Assembly (NCBI GenBank): GCA_025558095.1
Contig: JAIVFI010000035.1
Location: forward strand, 372,001-436,000
From: Hyaloraphidium curvatum SAG 235-1
Taxonomy: Eukaryota > Fungi > Monoblepharomycota
DNA: 64,000 nucleotides
Reading direction: 5' to 3'
Part shown: positions 1 to 12,917 of the stretch, piece after piece
Numbering within the stretch: the first letter of the stretch is position 1
Layout of the letters: every line of letters starts with the position of its first letter
The notes under the pieces: model-generated
Told to the model about the DNA's origin: nothing
What the model saw: the letters and a program-made list of their open reading frames with translations, nothing else
Databases searched by the model: none
Made by a program: the position numbers and the translations under genes

Positions 1-240
1 TGGAGCAGACAGAACGGAAGCTTCCTAATGGTGGCATAGCTGAGCGCACAGCCCGCAATGTACTGGCTGCGAGCATCGCCGCTTCGTTCCAATGTTGAGT
101 TGTTGATCACCGCGAACTCACGCCTTCGACTACACTACCGGAAGCGCGGACGATCGCCTGGTGCTGCGCCATAATCAGTCTATATCCAACAAGCATGTAC
201 AGGGTGTCTTTGTGTGGTATCGCGGCTATCCTTCCAACTC

Positions 241-3200
241 TCACTCCTCGGAGGCACCCGCCCTCGGCGCAACGCCCGAGCGATCGGCGAGAGCATCCGC
301 GTTCTCATTGGTCCACTCGCCCTCAGCAATCTCCTCGAATCGCGTGCCAGCACCTTTGGCGGGTGAGGACTTTTTGGAGGCGCGGCCCTTGCCCTTCTTC
401 ACCGGCGACTTCGAATCCTTGCCGTCCGCGTCGCCGAAGCTGCGGTCCAAGAGCTTCTCGAGTTCCTCGTCCGTCAAGATCGATTCAGGCGCCGGCACCT
501 CCTCGCCTTCCCCTTTCCCAAGATTGACGCTCTCTGCATCTGTTCCGTACAGCGCCTGTGCCAGATCATCCAGAGACAGATTTGCCCGCGTGAGCAAGCT
601 CTTGGTTCCTGGGAGGGCCCGCATCGCGCCGCCCTGAATGACGAGCTTCTCGAGCTTGCGCTTCGAGCGCGCTTTCTCGATGATCTTGGCCTCCACCGTC
701 CCCTCGGTGACGAGACGATACACCACCACCGGTTTGGTCTGGCCGATTCGGTGCGCACGGTCTTGTGCTTGCAGATCGGCTTGGGGGTTCTGGGCGGGGG
801 CAAATGAGCTACGAACCACAGACTGTAGTGGGGACGCTGGAGCTCACCCAATCCGAGTCGTACAAAATAACCGTGTCCGCAGCGACGAGATTGATGCCCA
901 GGCCACCGGCCCTGGTGCTGAGAAGAAAGATCCTAACATCCGGGTCGTTGTTGAAGGCGTCGATGGCGATTTTGCGGTCCTCCAGGCTGACACCGCCATC
1001 CAACCGCGAGCACTGCCAGCCCTTGTACTCCTGGAACCATTCCTCCAGGATGTAAAGCACATTGACCATTTGCGAAAAGATCAGGACCTGGTAATGCGGC
1101 GTTTCAGTCATCGTTTGCAAAGTGTGTGCCGGCCAAGGCTCACCTTGTGCCCCTGGGCAAAGAGGGCGGGAAGGAGGCGCTCCAACAGAAGCATTTTGCC
1201 GCTCTTGGTGACAATGTCCGGAAGCTTTTCCTTCTTCTTCCCACGCCCGTCCTGCAGCACGCGCCTAACGTTGCCAGCGAGCGACTCGTCCCCGCTGTCG
1301 TCCATGGTTGCGGTCTCGTCCTCGTCCTCCGTGCCCTGGAACAGATACGGATGGTTGCAGATCTTCCTGAGCTGCATGAGCAGGTTGTTGAGGCTCCCCC
1401 GCCCCCCCCGAGCCAGCATCTCCTTGTGCGCAACCTTGACGGCCAGCTTCATCGCCTCTTTCTTCTCTGCCGCCGCGGCCACGGCCCGGCCGATTGCAAA
1501 CTCGCTGCCCGTGTCGACGTCGTACCGTCCGGTGGCGGATAGGTTCATCGCAGCCGCGCGCTTAGGCCTCTCGCGGCGAACTGCATCGTCGCTGGCCCCG
1601 GAATCAGAAGCCGCGTCATCTTCGACATCGACGGTGGAAGCAGTGTCCGAGGCATCGTCTTTGCCAGGCGCTTTGGAGGTCTTGGCAAGGGCAGTGCGGA
1701 GAGCCTGCGATCCAGAGAGGGCGGCCTGGTAGAGCTTCCGCTGATACGGAACAAGCGGAGCAAAGAGAAGGTACTCTTTCTTCTTTGGCAGTGATGCTTC
1801 GACTAACGCGAAGGTCAGCTGCTTAGAGGAGGTTGGGCGACCGAGGGCCTACCATCCGACTTGACCCGGCGCAGGATGAACGGCCGCAGGATCGTGTGGA
1901 GGTGCGTGACAACCTTGTCCTTCTCCTCCTTGTTGATGATGCTCGCCTCGCCTCCTGCGTTCGAGAGATCCGACTCGAAGTCGAACCACGACTGGAACTC
2001 CTGCAGCGATGAGAAAACCTCGGGCAGGCAGAAGTTGAGGAGCGACCAGAGCTAGGAAAGGCGTGAGAAGGGCCACCAAGGCGCCAAACAGGTCCTCACC
2101 TCCGCAAGATTGTTCTGAAGCGGCGTCCCCGTAAGCAGCAGCCTGTTTTCCGAATTCATGCTCTTCAGGTCCCGCAAAAGCTTCGAATCCATGTTCTTGA
2201 GCCTGTGCCCCTCGTCGACGATCAGGTACTTGAACCTGTACGTGCTGAACGCCTGTCGATCCCGGATGGCAATCTCGTAGGACGTCACGATGACAGGCTG
2301 ATCGTGTTCCGGCAGCCGAGCGAGCGTGTTGCGAAGGTCCTGCCGCTCGGAAGGGTTGCCGTGGTACCGCATCACCTTGAGCAGCGGCGCAAACCTGGCG
2401 ACATATGCTTTGGCACACGTTCGAGCGACGTTTCGGAGCACGCACCTCGCAAACTCGGCGATCCAGTTGTCCAGCACACTCAACGGTCCCACGATGAGGA
2501 TGGGACCTTGCACGTTCATCCCACGCAGGTGCGCGATGAAGGCGATCGTCTGGATCGTCTTCCCGAGCCCCATTTCGTCCGCGAGAATGCCGTTGAAGCC
2601 GTTCTCGTAAAGAGTGATCATCCATTCGGTTCCAAAAAGCTGGTAGTCCCGCATCAACCCTCCCGTAACCAGCGCGGGCTGCCGCGGCTGCAGGGGAGCC
2701 GGCATCTCCGGAAACATGACGGTTTTCGCCGGTCCTTCGAACATGCCGGGTCCGGGTTGCTTCTTCGTGGTCTTCGCCTTCTTGGGCGCAGCATCCTCGT
2801 CGCCTTCATCGTCAGCGGGGGTTTTGCGCTTGCGGGGGGGGGCGGGAGCTGCAGCAGTGGAGGCGGCCGTGCTGTCGCGGAGGGATCGCCGCTCCGGTGC
2901 CTGGTCTGCGTCGTCACCGCCAGCCGATTTCTTCCTCCGGCCCTTTTTCTGCTTCCAGGATGCGGTTGAACGATGGATTGACGTTTGTGGCCGAGCTTCC
3001 CACCTTGGGCTGTGCCACCGCGGCCTCCTCCTTTTCGGACGCCTCCGCGCTGGCCTGCTGACCTTCAGCATCCATGGCCTGCTTGTGGTCGAGCATTTCC
3101 ACTCTTGCTTTCTCGAGGTTTTCTGTTACCCAGTTGGTGAACACGCCGGCCTTTTCGATGAGTCTGAAAAGTGATTCCTTCCTGGAAGAGACGATGCCCC

Positions 3201-3524
3201 TAAGTTGTTGCGAAGAGTCGCCGCCACAGGCTCTTACCTCCTGTACGCGGCATCCTCGTCCTCCGTCAGCTTTCTCGTCGGCGCCTTCACCTCGAGCTTC
3301 GGCAGCGATTCGTCCTTGAAGACGTTCAGCTCGTCGGGGAGCTGAAACGTCTCCACCGTGGGATCCCCCTTCGGCGCCGCAGATGCCCCCGCTCGTGCAG
3401 GTTCCGGGTTCTCCAGATGGTCCACAAGGGTGTCCTGCTCCTCAGCGACCGCTTCCCGGCGCATTTTCGTCGGTGGTCCGTCGGTCCCGGCGCGGTTCGG
3501 GGACTCTACTTGCGTCCCAATCAT
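241..3524 (-). CDS. HELLS: SNF2-family chromatin remodeller, HELLS/LSH/DDM1 (Irc5) subfamily, multi-exon
   Basis: [14 protein letters not shown] (motif I), [66 protein letters not shown] and [15 protein letters not shown] lie in consecutive minus-strand ORF pieces joined by short introns. [14 protein letters not shown] and [10 protein letters not shown] fit the HELLS/DDM1 clade. Confidence 0.88.
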
Positions 3525-3864
3525 TGTCGCGAAGTGCAAAAGGTCCAAAATGAAGCCCGGGAAGCTTTTCGGTCGCTGAAGCGCCGCCGACGGGCTCAAG
3601 CTGGAAGTGCAAGATGGGTTGGAAGGCGGGGGCCCGGAAGGTTCCCGCCCGCCTTTCGCGAGGCCAACACTGAATCAGAGGCAGGTATATCTGCGGGCCT
3701 TGCAAAACTTTCAGAAGTCTTTTAGGAACGCGTGCGCTTCGGTGTCGCCAGGTGGATTCGACGGGGGACTTCGAATCGCCGCCCACTTGCTCGGCTCTCG
3801 CGGCGTTGGCTGCGCATCATCACACACGCTCATCTCGGACCCAGTCGGTGGCGGCCCCGGCGCG

Positions 3865-5377
3865 ATGTCGCGGGGAAGTCCGCCACCGAACGATGCAAAG
3901 GGGCCATCCGGACCTTCGCCTGACGCGGAAGCCCGGAGAGGAGGGCGCCTACCCCCCGAGATTGTTGAGCTCATTGTCCGACACCGAACGACCCTTGCCG
4001 CTACCGCGTCTGCGATCGTTGGAGTCGGCTTCGGCTTTCCCTTCGACGCTCTAAAGACAAGAATGCAAACCTCAAAGTTCCCGAGCATGGACGCCTGCTT
4101 GAAGCACATGTACCGTACCGAGGGTATCAACGCGTTCTACCGCGGCTGCCTGCCCACGATCGGGATCGTCGCCCTCCTGAGGAGCGTCACCTTCTTTACT
4201 TATCACCGGAGCCGCGAGACTGTTCTCCATCGGGCGTTTCCGCTGGCGGGCGAGGACCCGAAGCTGCAGTCGGAGGACATCCTCGTGGGACCGGCCTGGC
4301 AGCGGCCCACGTGGCAGCTTTTCGCTGCGAGCTTTATCGCCGGTGCCGCTTCTGGGGCCGTGCAGGCTTCCATCAACGCCCCGATGGAGCTCATAAAGAT
4401 TGCGAGGCAGCTGGAGCGCGTTTTGGAGGAGGAGGGCCGGGCGTTACGTGCAAAAGTCAAGGGGGCGGCCTCTGTGGGCTTTGGTGCTGGCGCTGCTGGC
4501 TCCGCCGGAACAGCGATTGTTCCGCCGCCCAAGGACGCTCCGGTGCCGCCCGCAGCCTCTTCGAAACCTGCCTCTACCTCTGTTCCGGGACCCAAAGATA
4601 CCCAAACTCCCGGCTCTTCGCGCTCCTTTCACACTTCTTCCCGAGCTCTTCAGAATGCGGCTCGCGGGCTTCACACCGCACCTCTTCCGGAGTCAATGTG
4701 GGACAGGCTTTTTGGACGGCATTCCTCTATCGGAACGGCCATGCGGATAGTCAAGCGGGCTGGCGTCGGCGGCTTGTACACGGGGCTTGGACTTCACGTC
4801 ATGCGGGACACCTTGGGCACAGGGCTCTACTGGATGGGCTACGAATCCTTCAAGCACAACGCTCTCTTGTGGCGTGGGTATCGATCTGCGTTGGTTCGCC
4901 GCCATTTGTCTCACACGGGCTTGTAGTGGATCCGGATAGCCCCTTCCGCGGCCCCCCTTTGCACATGGTCGCTGGCGCCCTCGCGGGGTGCTACACGTGG
5001 CTAATCTCGTTCCCAATAGGCATGTGCTTGTCACTCCCTTGCCGATTGATCATTCACACTCGTTGGCCGCAGATTTGGTCAAGTCGGTCGTGCAGAAGAG
5101 CGCACTTATCTCCTTCATGGTGCCGCGCGGCGAGGCAAAGCGGAAGACGGCATGGGGGGTGGTCGAGAAAAGGATGCGCGTGGACGGCATCCGCGGGCTC
5201 TACTTTGGAATCGGCGCTACGCTCGTCAGGTAGGTGCCGACGAGCTGCAGAACACGGAACTCGCAACTGATGGTCGTCTCCAGGGCGGCGCCGATCCACG
5301 CACTCAACTTCCTAGTGTACGAGAAAGTGCTCGAATTGGTCAGAAATCTGCGGGATCAGGCGGACGATATACCCTAG
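3865..5377 (+). CDS. Mitochondrial carrier family (SLC25) protein, 4 exons
   Basis: Three carrier signatures: PFDALKTRMQ, PMELIKIARQ and PIDLVKS (the last after splicing). Also GINAFYRG, GVGGLYTG and GIRGLYFG. Final exon reads RAAPIHALNFLVYE...DDIP*. Confidence 0.9.
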
Positions 5378-5621
5378 ATTGTTGCTTTTGTCTGCTCATT
5401 GCAATCTCTGTAATCTTGACTTTACTGCCCCTCGTTCTTGCCTTGTCGTTCTGCCGTTCATTTTCTTACCATGTAACCTATTTCTTTGCTCTTGCCATTG
5501 CCATCCACGGCAATCTGTCGCCGTAGGCCTTCAATCTAGGTCCCTCGCCTTCCTTCCGTTTCGGTCGGGGTGCGGCAAAGCCGCGGCCGCCTGCAATCGG
5601 GGACGAGCGTCCAGCCAAACA

Positions 5622-7468
5622 ATGGCACGTCTGCGGTGCGCTACCTCCAGCGGGCTGCAGACCTATGTGCTCGGCGTGATCACCGGGATCCTCTTTGTCT
5701 TGTGGCTGCAGCCGCAGCAGCTGCCGGCGCCTCACAGCAGCGTCTCGGTGGTGACAACGGTGTCGGACGGGCGATACCCTTCCGGGACGGTCGGGGACGT
5801 CAAGCTTCCTGCTGCCGACTCCAAACCGTGCCAATGTCCCGTCTGCACGCCGTGCACGGCTGGGGCTTCGGCGGCTGGCCCGCAGGAGAGGGGCGCGGCC
5901 GGAGAGGGGGGGCAGCCCGGCACGACGGACCCGGCGTTCCTCGTCGGCAACGTCGAGAGGACCTACTACAGCCCGCTGATAAAGCAGCTGGCCGATTTCG
6001 GCCCGCCAGAGGCCTCGTGCCTTCCCTCCCTCGATGACTCTGCGCCGGCGGTGTTCCCGCCAAAGAAGCGCAAGTTCGATATGGTCCTCATCCTCGCGCA
6101 GGGCCGTTCGGGCTCCACTTCCCTCATGCGACTGCTGAACACCATTCCTTGCTACAACATTCGCGGGGAGAACCTATTTCTATTCGCCAAGCTCATGGGC
6201 GCGGGCAAGGGAGGGCCGCTGATGGCCGACACCCTGCGCGAGTCGGCTCTCAAGCTCCAGGCACACTACGTGCACCCGTGGAACGAGACCCGGTACCGCG
6301 AGCCGAAGCTGCCGAAGAAGCCGTCGTACTTCAACCGCTTCGATATGGCCCGTCTGGACGACCTGTCGAAGCTCGCGGTTTATGAGGTGCTCCAGCACGT
6401 GCCCGGCTACGTGACCTCTGGATTCAAGGAGCTTCGCCTCTTCAACCTGAACGCGTACCAGTACAACATGTCGATCAATTTCCTGGATCACTGGACCACG
6501 CTGTTCCCTCGGACGGCCATCATCTTTGGCTACCGCGAGAAGGACATCATGAACAGCGCATGGTGGAAGGATTCCGACCGCGCCTGGACGGAGAAGCTTT
6601 TGAAGCAGCAGTTGGAGTGGTTCCGCGAAATCCACGACCTGGTCAATTCCCGGAAGCGCTTCGGGGCCGGCGTCGAATCCGTGATGGTCGAGTTTGACGA
6701 CCTAGTGGCCTGCAATGATGGCCCGTCGAGCGGCTTGAAGCAAGCGTATGATATGCTGGGGGAGAAATTCGACGCTGCCAACTGCCAGGCGCTGATGCAG
6801 AATAACGTCGAGGACATGGGCTTGGCCGCTTCCGAGTCCAACTTCAAGGCCGAACAGGTCGGTGGCCGCCGCCTGCTGCTTCATCCGGTAATCGACGATG
6901 CTGACGGATCTCGCAGGGATTCAAGAGCTGGTTCTACGGCTATCGGGAGCTGTCGGGCGGCAAGCTGTCCGACTTCCGGCACCTCAACTTCAGCCGTCCG
7001 ATCGCGAACGGCGGTAACGAGAAGGAGTTCATCGGCCCCAAGCAGGATGGGACTTTCGACGAAATCTACTCGATCCGCCGCAACTACCAGCGGCCGGCGA
7101 TCCCCGATCGGAAGAAGGACCTTGCCTATGCCGCATGCCGGCAGTGGCACGCTGACACCGAATCTGCGAACGTCAAGATCACCCTCTCTGCCTACGGTGT
7201 GCCCGGTCGGTGCGACAAAGACGCCAAGCTGGTGATGAAGCTCCTCAAGGACGGATCGGAGGTGCTCCACGAGAAGGAGATTGAGCTCACCAACAACGGC
7301 GAAGCTTCGCCGCCGCCGTATGAGGCGAACGTGATAACGGGGCTTCCGAAAGGCACAGTTTTGGAGCTGTGCTTGGAGCCGAGAGCCAGGGTGTGCGAAG
7401 GACTTGGGGTGAGGATGGTAGTGAACCGGCACGGACCGCCCCGATCAAAGAAGCCGGCAGAGAGGTAA
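5622..7468 (+). CDS. Type II membrane sulfotransferase-like (P-loop) protein with an extra C-terminal domain
   Basis: N-terminal TM (YVLGVITGILFVLWL), Pro/Ala stem, PAPS-loop-like ILAQGRSGSTSLMRLLN and a later GFKE motif. One intron at about 6859-6916, then a continuing frame to TAA at 7468. Confidence 0.65.
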
Positions 7469-7693
7469 CGCTTTATTCTACAACATGGCAGTGGATCTCT
7501 AGAGCAAAGCCGCGTCGTGCTTCTTCACCCCGCCGCCTCCGTTAGGGCAGCGCGGGCGGCCGCGCGGCACCCAAACCAGACTTTCTTCGGCCACTGTGAA
7601 ACAGAGCTGCGGAAACGCCACGGGAGACAAATGGGCCATCGATAAGGACTCGTTAAGCTTCGAGTCATTCAAGGAGTCTGCCGGAGCTTCAAG

Positions 7694-10298
7694 ATGAGCT
7701 CCGGCGCCAGTCCCGAAGCCGGTCCGGCGCGGAAGCGCGTCTCGAAGGCCTGCGACGGCTGTTACGCCCGGAGGCACAAATGCGATGGAATGAACCCGTG
7801 TCAGCGATGCCTGGAGACCGGCATCGATTGCCGCTACGACCGGTGGGCGGGGCGCCCGGTGTTGTCTTGGCCCGCGTCGCTCACCGGCATCTGTCAGCGT
7901 CGCCCGTAAGCGCGGACCGCAGGGGCCCGGAAAGCGCGCCAAGACGGCGGAGTCGCAGATGCCACACATCAAGGAGGAGGAGCAGGCCACCTCGGGTGCC
8001 GCATCGCCCGCGTTTGCCCCGAGCGGCTTCTTTTCCTCGGCACCAGCGTCGATGGGATCCATGTCGATGGTTCCCTCGGCACCGGCACCGAATCCTCTGC
8101 AGTTCCTCTCGCTCGGCTTGGGACGCGATGCTCCGAACCCCAGGACCCTGCTACCGCCCCCGCCGATCCTCAAGAAGCTCGTTGCCGCCTTCTTCAACCA
8201 CGTGCACCCCTTCATCCAGATCATCCATCGCCACTCCTTTTTGGAAGACCTGTCGGCACAGTCGCCTCTTTTGCTCCTGAGCGTTTGCGGCTCTCTGAGC
8301 GGGCGGGCAATCCCGGAACTAGACGCCGAGGCGGAGGCCCACGCAGAGCGCTGCCTCGAGGCAGGATGTGGGTCGCCGTGCTACTCGTTTCTCCGTCTGG
8401 AGATGGACTACTAACTGCGCGTCACCTCAGACGGCCTCATCATTCCCTCGATGATCTCGCCCGAACCTGTCTCCCTTGATGTCGTTCTGGCCTCCCTCCA
8501 CTTCGACCATGCCGCCGGCAACCGCTCGAACCCGCACATTGTGGACCGCTGGCTCGGCTTTTCGATCGCGTCGATGATGCAGAGGGGATTGAACGTCGAG
8601 GCGGATTTCGGCACCGATCTCGTGAAGCGCGAGCAGGGCCGCAGGGCGTGGTGGCGCTTGTATTCCTACGAGCGGGCGTCGGCCATGCAGGCAGGACGTA
8701 TATGCCTCATCTCCGAGGACGCTAACTTGCTCAGGCTGCCGGTCTCGGACGTGGTGTGGGGCATGCCGACCAATCAAGGGGCTTCTGCCATGGCGGCGGC
8801 GCCGCCGCGGTTTCTGCCGGGCTCGATCGAGCGGTCTTTGGCGGCGCTTCAGGCCGGGGAGCTGCGGGGCTGGAATCCTCTGGAGCAGACTCTTTTCCTG
8901 CTTTCCACCTACGGCCACGTCAACCGAGTTGTGCTCGGGCTGCGGGACGCGGACTGGGGAACGGCCGCCTCGTCGCCGAGCCCTCTCATGAGGATCCTGG
9001 AGGAACAAAGGCACTCGCTCCTCAAGGTGCTTGACCTCTTGTGGGAAGGCCTCGACGAGCCCGTCAAGAGGCTCGACGAGGATCCCATGAGGTTCGCCAA
9101 AGAAGCGTCGTACGTCGATGGCCGGTGGTCGTGGATCGGTGCCGAGGATGATCCCATGACGCTCTGCATGCTCATCCTCTACCGCACTCTTCGGATCCTC
9201 CTTGTTTCCCCTCCGGATCTCTCCCGCATGATCTCCACGCAGGGCTGGCTGTTTTCGCCTGACTTCATCGCTGCCGTGCACCACGCTGGGGCGATTTCAC
9301 GGCTTTTGGAGGCGGTGATGGCAACGAACCAGGATCTCAACTTTGTCCACCCTTGTCTGGGATTCTGCGTCGTCACTGCGGCCAGCGTTCACGTGGCCTT
9401 GGTCAGAGCGCTTCGAATGGTTCCGGCGCGACCGGCTTTGCCCGGGCCTTCGGACACCGATCAGGGACACATGGTTGCGTTGGTGCAGGTGCAGGCGCAG
9501 GCGCTGCGCGACGTGGAGGTCAACATTCGTGCCTTGGAGGGCCTCGGAAAGCGGTGGAAACTGGCAGCCAAGACAGGCCGCGCGTTGCGACAAGCCTTGG
9601 AGGTGATGGACTGGGACGGACTCGAGGTGGAGTTGGGCTCAATTCGCCGTCTCGCCGGTGCCGGCAAGGGAACCGGGGCCGACCGCAGCGTCATTGGCGA
9701 TGGCGGGCCGAATGCGAATGGTGCGGAGGATGTCGAAGAAGAACAAAGCACGCGCAACACCGAGGGATTTGCCCTCAAGGTGCTTGCCGATCTTGCTGAA
9801 GCGCAAATGCGCTCCAAGGCAATGGAAGCCGCAGAAGCCGAGCGCGTTGAAGGGCGCACGGGAAGCTTTGCCTCGGAGCGCGCTGCTTTCGGTTCGCTGG
9901 ATGAGACGTTCCAGGAGTCGCGGTCTCCCGCTGCCAACTCCGCGATGCCTGTCGGCAGCTTACTCGCTCAGCAAAGTGCACGGCAAGGACTCTGGATCGG
10001 CGACCCGCGACCGGGCAGCTCGGTCATGCCCACTGTGGCCAACCCGGCAATGCGGGGGCTATTCAACCAGGGCCTGTCGCCTCTATCTGTTCCCTCTCCA
10101 GGCTTCTCCGGCGCGGCCACACCAGAGCAAACGGCATCAGTGCCTTCAGGACTGCCGGCGCAGTCATTCTTCCCGAACGCCGAGGGCATTGATTCGTGGC
10201 CCACGGGCAACGGACAGGCGGCGCCGTTTCAGCAGGACGACCTGGCGATGCTGTTCAGTGGGGTGGGCGGCAACACCGACATCATCTTTTGGCAGTAG
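7694..10298 (+). CDS. Zn(II)2Cys6 fungal transcription factor with middle homology (Fungal_trans) domain
   Basis: RKRVSKACDGCYARRHKCDGMNPCQRC...C binuclear cluster; FFNHVHPFIQIIHRHSF; EQGRRAWWRLY. Two short introns. Confidence 0.9.
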
Positions 10299-10455
10299 TG
10301 GGACTTTCGCACGGACGTGGGAATCGCGATGGCCGCTGCGGCCGCGACGGCGCACGCGGCGATGAAGAGCGGGTGGCGATACCAGGGCCGCGTCGCAGCC
10401 GGCGCCGCGACCTTCTTTTGTATTGTCTACTTCTTCTACATGGGTTTTGAGTTGC

Positions 10456-11939
10456 TCACGCAAACGTTTCGTACGTTGCCTAGAACCGATCCCCGTTAGT
10501 CCGAAGGTTCGAGGAGGCAAAGCCTGACTGCCCGACCAACCTTGAAGAACTCGTCCCGGATCTTCTGGGCTGTGGGATCCGCGAAGGGTAGGTACTGCAT
10601 CCAGACCATCATCACGATCTGTGACGCGGGGTCGATCGCGTAGTAGCTGGAAGCAGGAAAGTATGAACAAGAGATCACAGTAGCTGCGACAGAACCCAAC
10701 GTGTTCAATAGCCCATCCCAGCATAGAGATCCTGCTTTGGGCCCTAGCGGCGAGTCCTGTTTCGTGAGGCAGAAGCCGAGTGTGTGTCCCTTCTCAAGAC
10801 CGTCCCAAGCTTCTTCATAGGTCGAGACTCCGGTCGGGATCCTGCCGATGTGGCCGCTGGCGCCGGGCTCCATCACGTCGGAAAACATGAGCTCCTTAAT
10901 CGTCTCCTCCTTGATGATCCGCTTGCCGTTGGGCGCCACACCGCCGTCCAGCAGGCACTGCAGGAACGCCAGGTAGTCCTTGACCGTCGAGAACATGTCG
11001 CCGCCGCCGCCTTCAAACTCCCGTGCCTCGAAAGGCGCCGAGGGGAGGGTAAACGGAACAAACTGGTCGCCCATATGAAGGGCCGAACTGGCTGTGCGAT
11101 CGGCTTTTGCGGGATCCGGCTATACACCAGTCAGAAGCACTCCCCCAAAGACAGTAGAGTAAACGAACCTTCATCTGGGAATCAACCATACCGAGGGGCT
11201 CGAAGATGTTCTCGCGCATGTACTCGCCCAGCTTCTTGCCCTCAAGAGCCTCCACGATGAGGCCTAGAGTCTCGATCCCCGTGCTGTATTCCCATTTGGT
11301 GCCCGGCTCCCAGAACAGGGGGGCCTCCAGGATGTGGGCTTTCTTGTACGTGCCGAGCCCGGGGTGACCCGTCTTCTGAATGTACTTGGAATAGTTGGGG
11401 TTGACCAATTCGAGCGCCATGCCCGAGGTGTGCGTCGCCAGATGGCGTATTGTCGGCCTCCTCTTCGGATCCTCCAAGATGGGTTCGCCGGCCTCTGTAA
11501 AACCGTGGACGATCTTCTGGTTCTTGAAGCTCGGCAGGATTTCGCCGACCTCGGTGTCGAGGGTGAGCTTCCCGCGCTCGATGAGTTGCGCGATGCAGAG
11601 CGAGGTAACCTGGACAACGTCACCCGGAAACGATTGCGTTCGAGATGGCGGGCGGAGTCACGGGGGTCGTGGGGACGGCCGATGGGGAGCGTTGCTGTCA
11701 CCGTCAGGCGACCTGTCCCAAGCCACAGCCAGCACGCGGAGGGCACGCACCGCTTTGGTCATCGACATCACGGAGAAGATGGAGTCGGCGGCCACATCCT
11801 CGGTCCTCCCGGGTCCGAGCTTTCCGCGAAACTCGTGGAAGACCAGCTTTCCGTCCCGCAGGATGCCCGAGGTGATGCCGGGCACGCCGGCGGCGATGGC
11901 GTCGTCGAGGACCTTGATTATCTTGGACGTGTCCGCCAT
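10456..11939 (-). CDS. Beta-lactamase-family serine hydrolase (LovD/esterase-like), multi-exon
   Basis: SxxK in IFSVMSMTKA, IRHLATHTSG, PLFWEPGTKWEYS, IFEPLGM, GGGDMFSTVKDY. Last exon ATYETFA* follows an intron with a CTAAC branch point. Confidence 0.88.
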
Positions 11940-12372
11940 GGCCAAGGAAACGCGGAGTGGAGATTCGGCGCGGGATGGAGTGCGCTGTCGGCGAACCGGC
12001 TAAACACGCTTAAACAGGCGCGGGCAGATGACCCGGACAAGGGGTAAAACTCTTTACTGGCTATACCCCTTGGACCAGGACACTCACCGCCTTGCCGTGT
12101 CGCTTGGAGCTCCTCCAGAATGATACAGACAATGCCATTCGTCTGCAACCGTCATGCGAGCACGAAGATCAGCGCCCATTCTGGCCGCAGGGTGCGGTGC
12201 CGCAGCCTGATGACGACCTCCGGATCGTCGCATAAGGTTACTATCTTTTATCATCTAGTGGATCGCTCGTTCTCCGGGCAAGATGTCATCTGGGGGATTC
12301 CGGAGTTGCCTTCAAGCTCGCGTCTCCCATCACACGGAGTTAGCGTCGCATCTCGTCCGCGCGCGAAAGCGA

Positions 12373-12868
12373 ATGCTCGCCCAACTTCGGCCCCAAGCAA
12401 CCATCTTCCGCACATCGAACGCACTCCGTTCGGCCTCCGCCGCGTTTCGCCCGCGCGCCATGTCCGCTGCGGCCGGGCAGCAGTTCCTCCTCGTCTGCAA
12501 GGACTTCACCGACGCGGACGCGATCTCGCGCCGCATGGCCGCGCGCCCCGCGCACGTGGAACGCGCGGCGGCGATGGGGAAGGATGGGACCTTCATCATG
12601 GGCGGCGCAATCCTCAGCGAGACGGAAGAGCACGATGGGCAGCCCAAAATGGTCGGCTCCATGTTGCTGGTGAAGATGGCGGACAGGGCTGCGGTCGAAG
12701 AGTACGTGAGGACGGACCCGTACCGCACGGGCAAAGTATGGGAGACGGTGGACATCCAGCCGTTCCGAGTCGCAGAGGCAGCCGGGATCAACGTGAAGGT
12801 GAGGCCAGTGCGGCTATGGGCAACCGTCTGCTGATCGATCTCCTTTCTCTACATCGCAGAACCTGTAA
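12373..12868 (+). CDS. YciI-family protein with putative mitochondrial presequence
   Basis: RRMAARPAHV, GGAIL, MVGSMLLV, DPYRTGKVWETVDIQPF. Arg/Ala/Ser-rich N-terminus. Intron 12799-12859, then NL*. Confidence 0.85.
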
Positions 12869-12917
12869 GCGGCTATCTAGCACCGCAATGGAGACGTCGC
12901 CAGGCCGAAGTACAGGA

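Noticed and set aside
10317-10499. Short plus-strand ORF with a hydrophobic stretch (FFCIVYFFYMGF)
   Set aside because: It lies in T-rich convergent 3' UTRs and overlaps the last exon and intron of the serine hydrolase, with no recognisable motif.
10456-11939. Beta-lactamase fold as antibiotic resistance or part of a secondary-metabolite cluster with the adjacent Zn2Cys6 factor
   Set aside because: The family is common in fungi as esterases and acyltransferases, and no PKS, NRPS or terpene backbone gene lies in the window.
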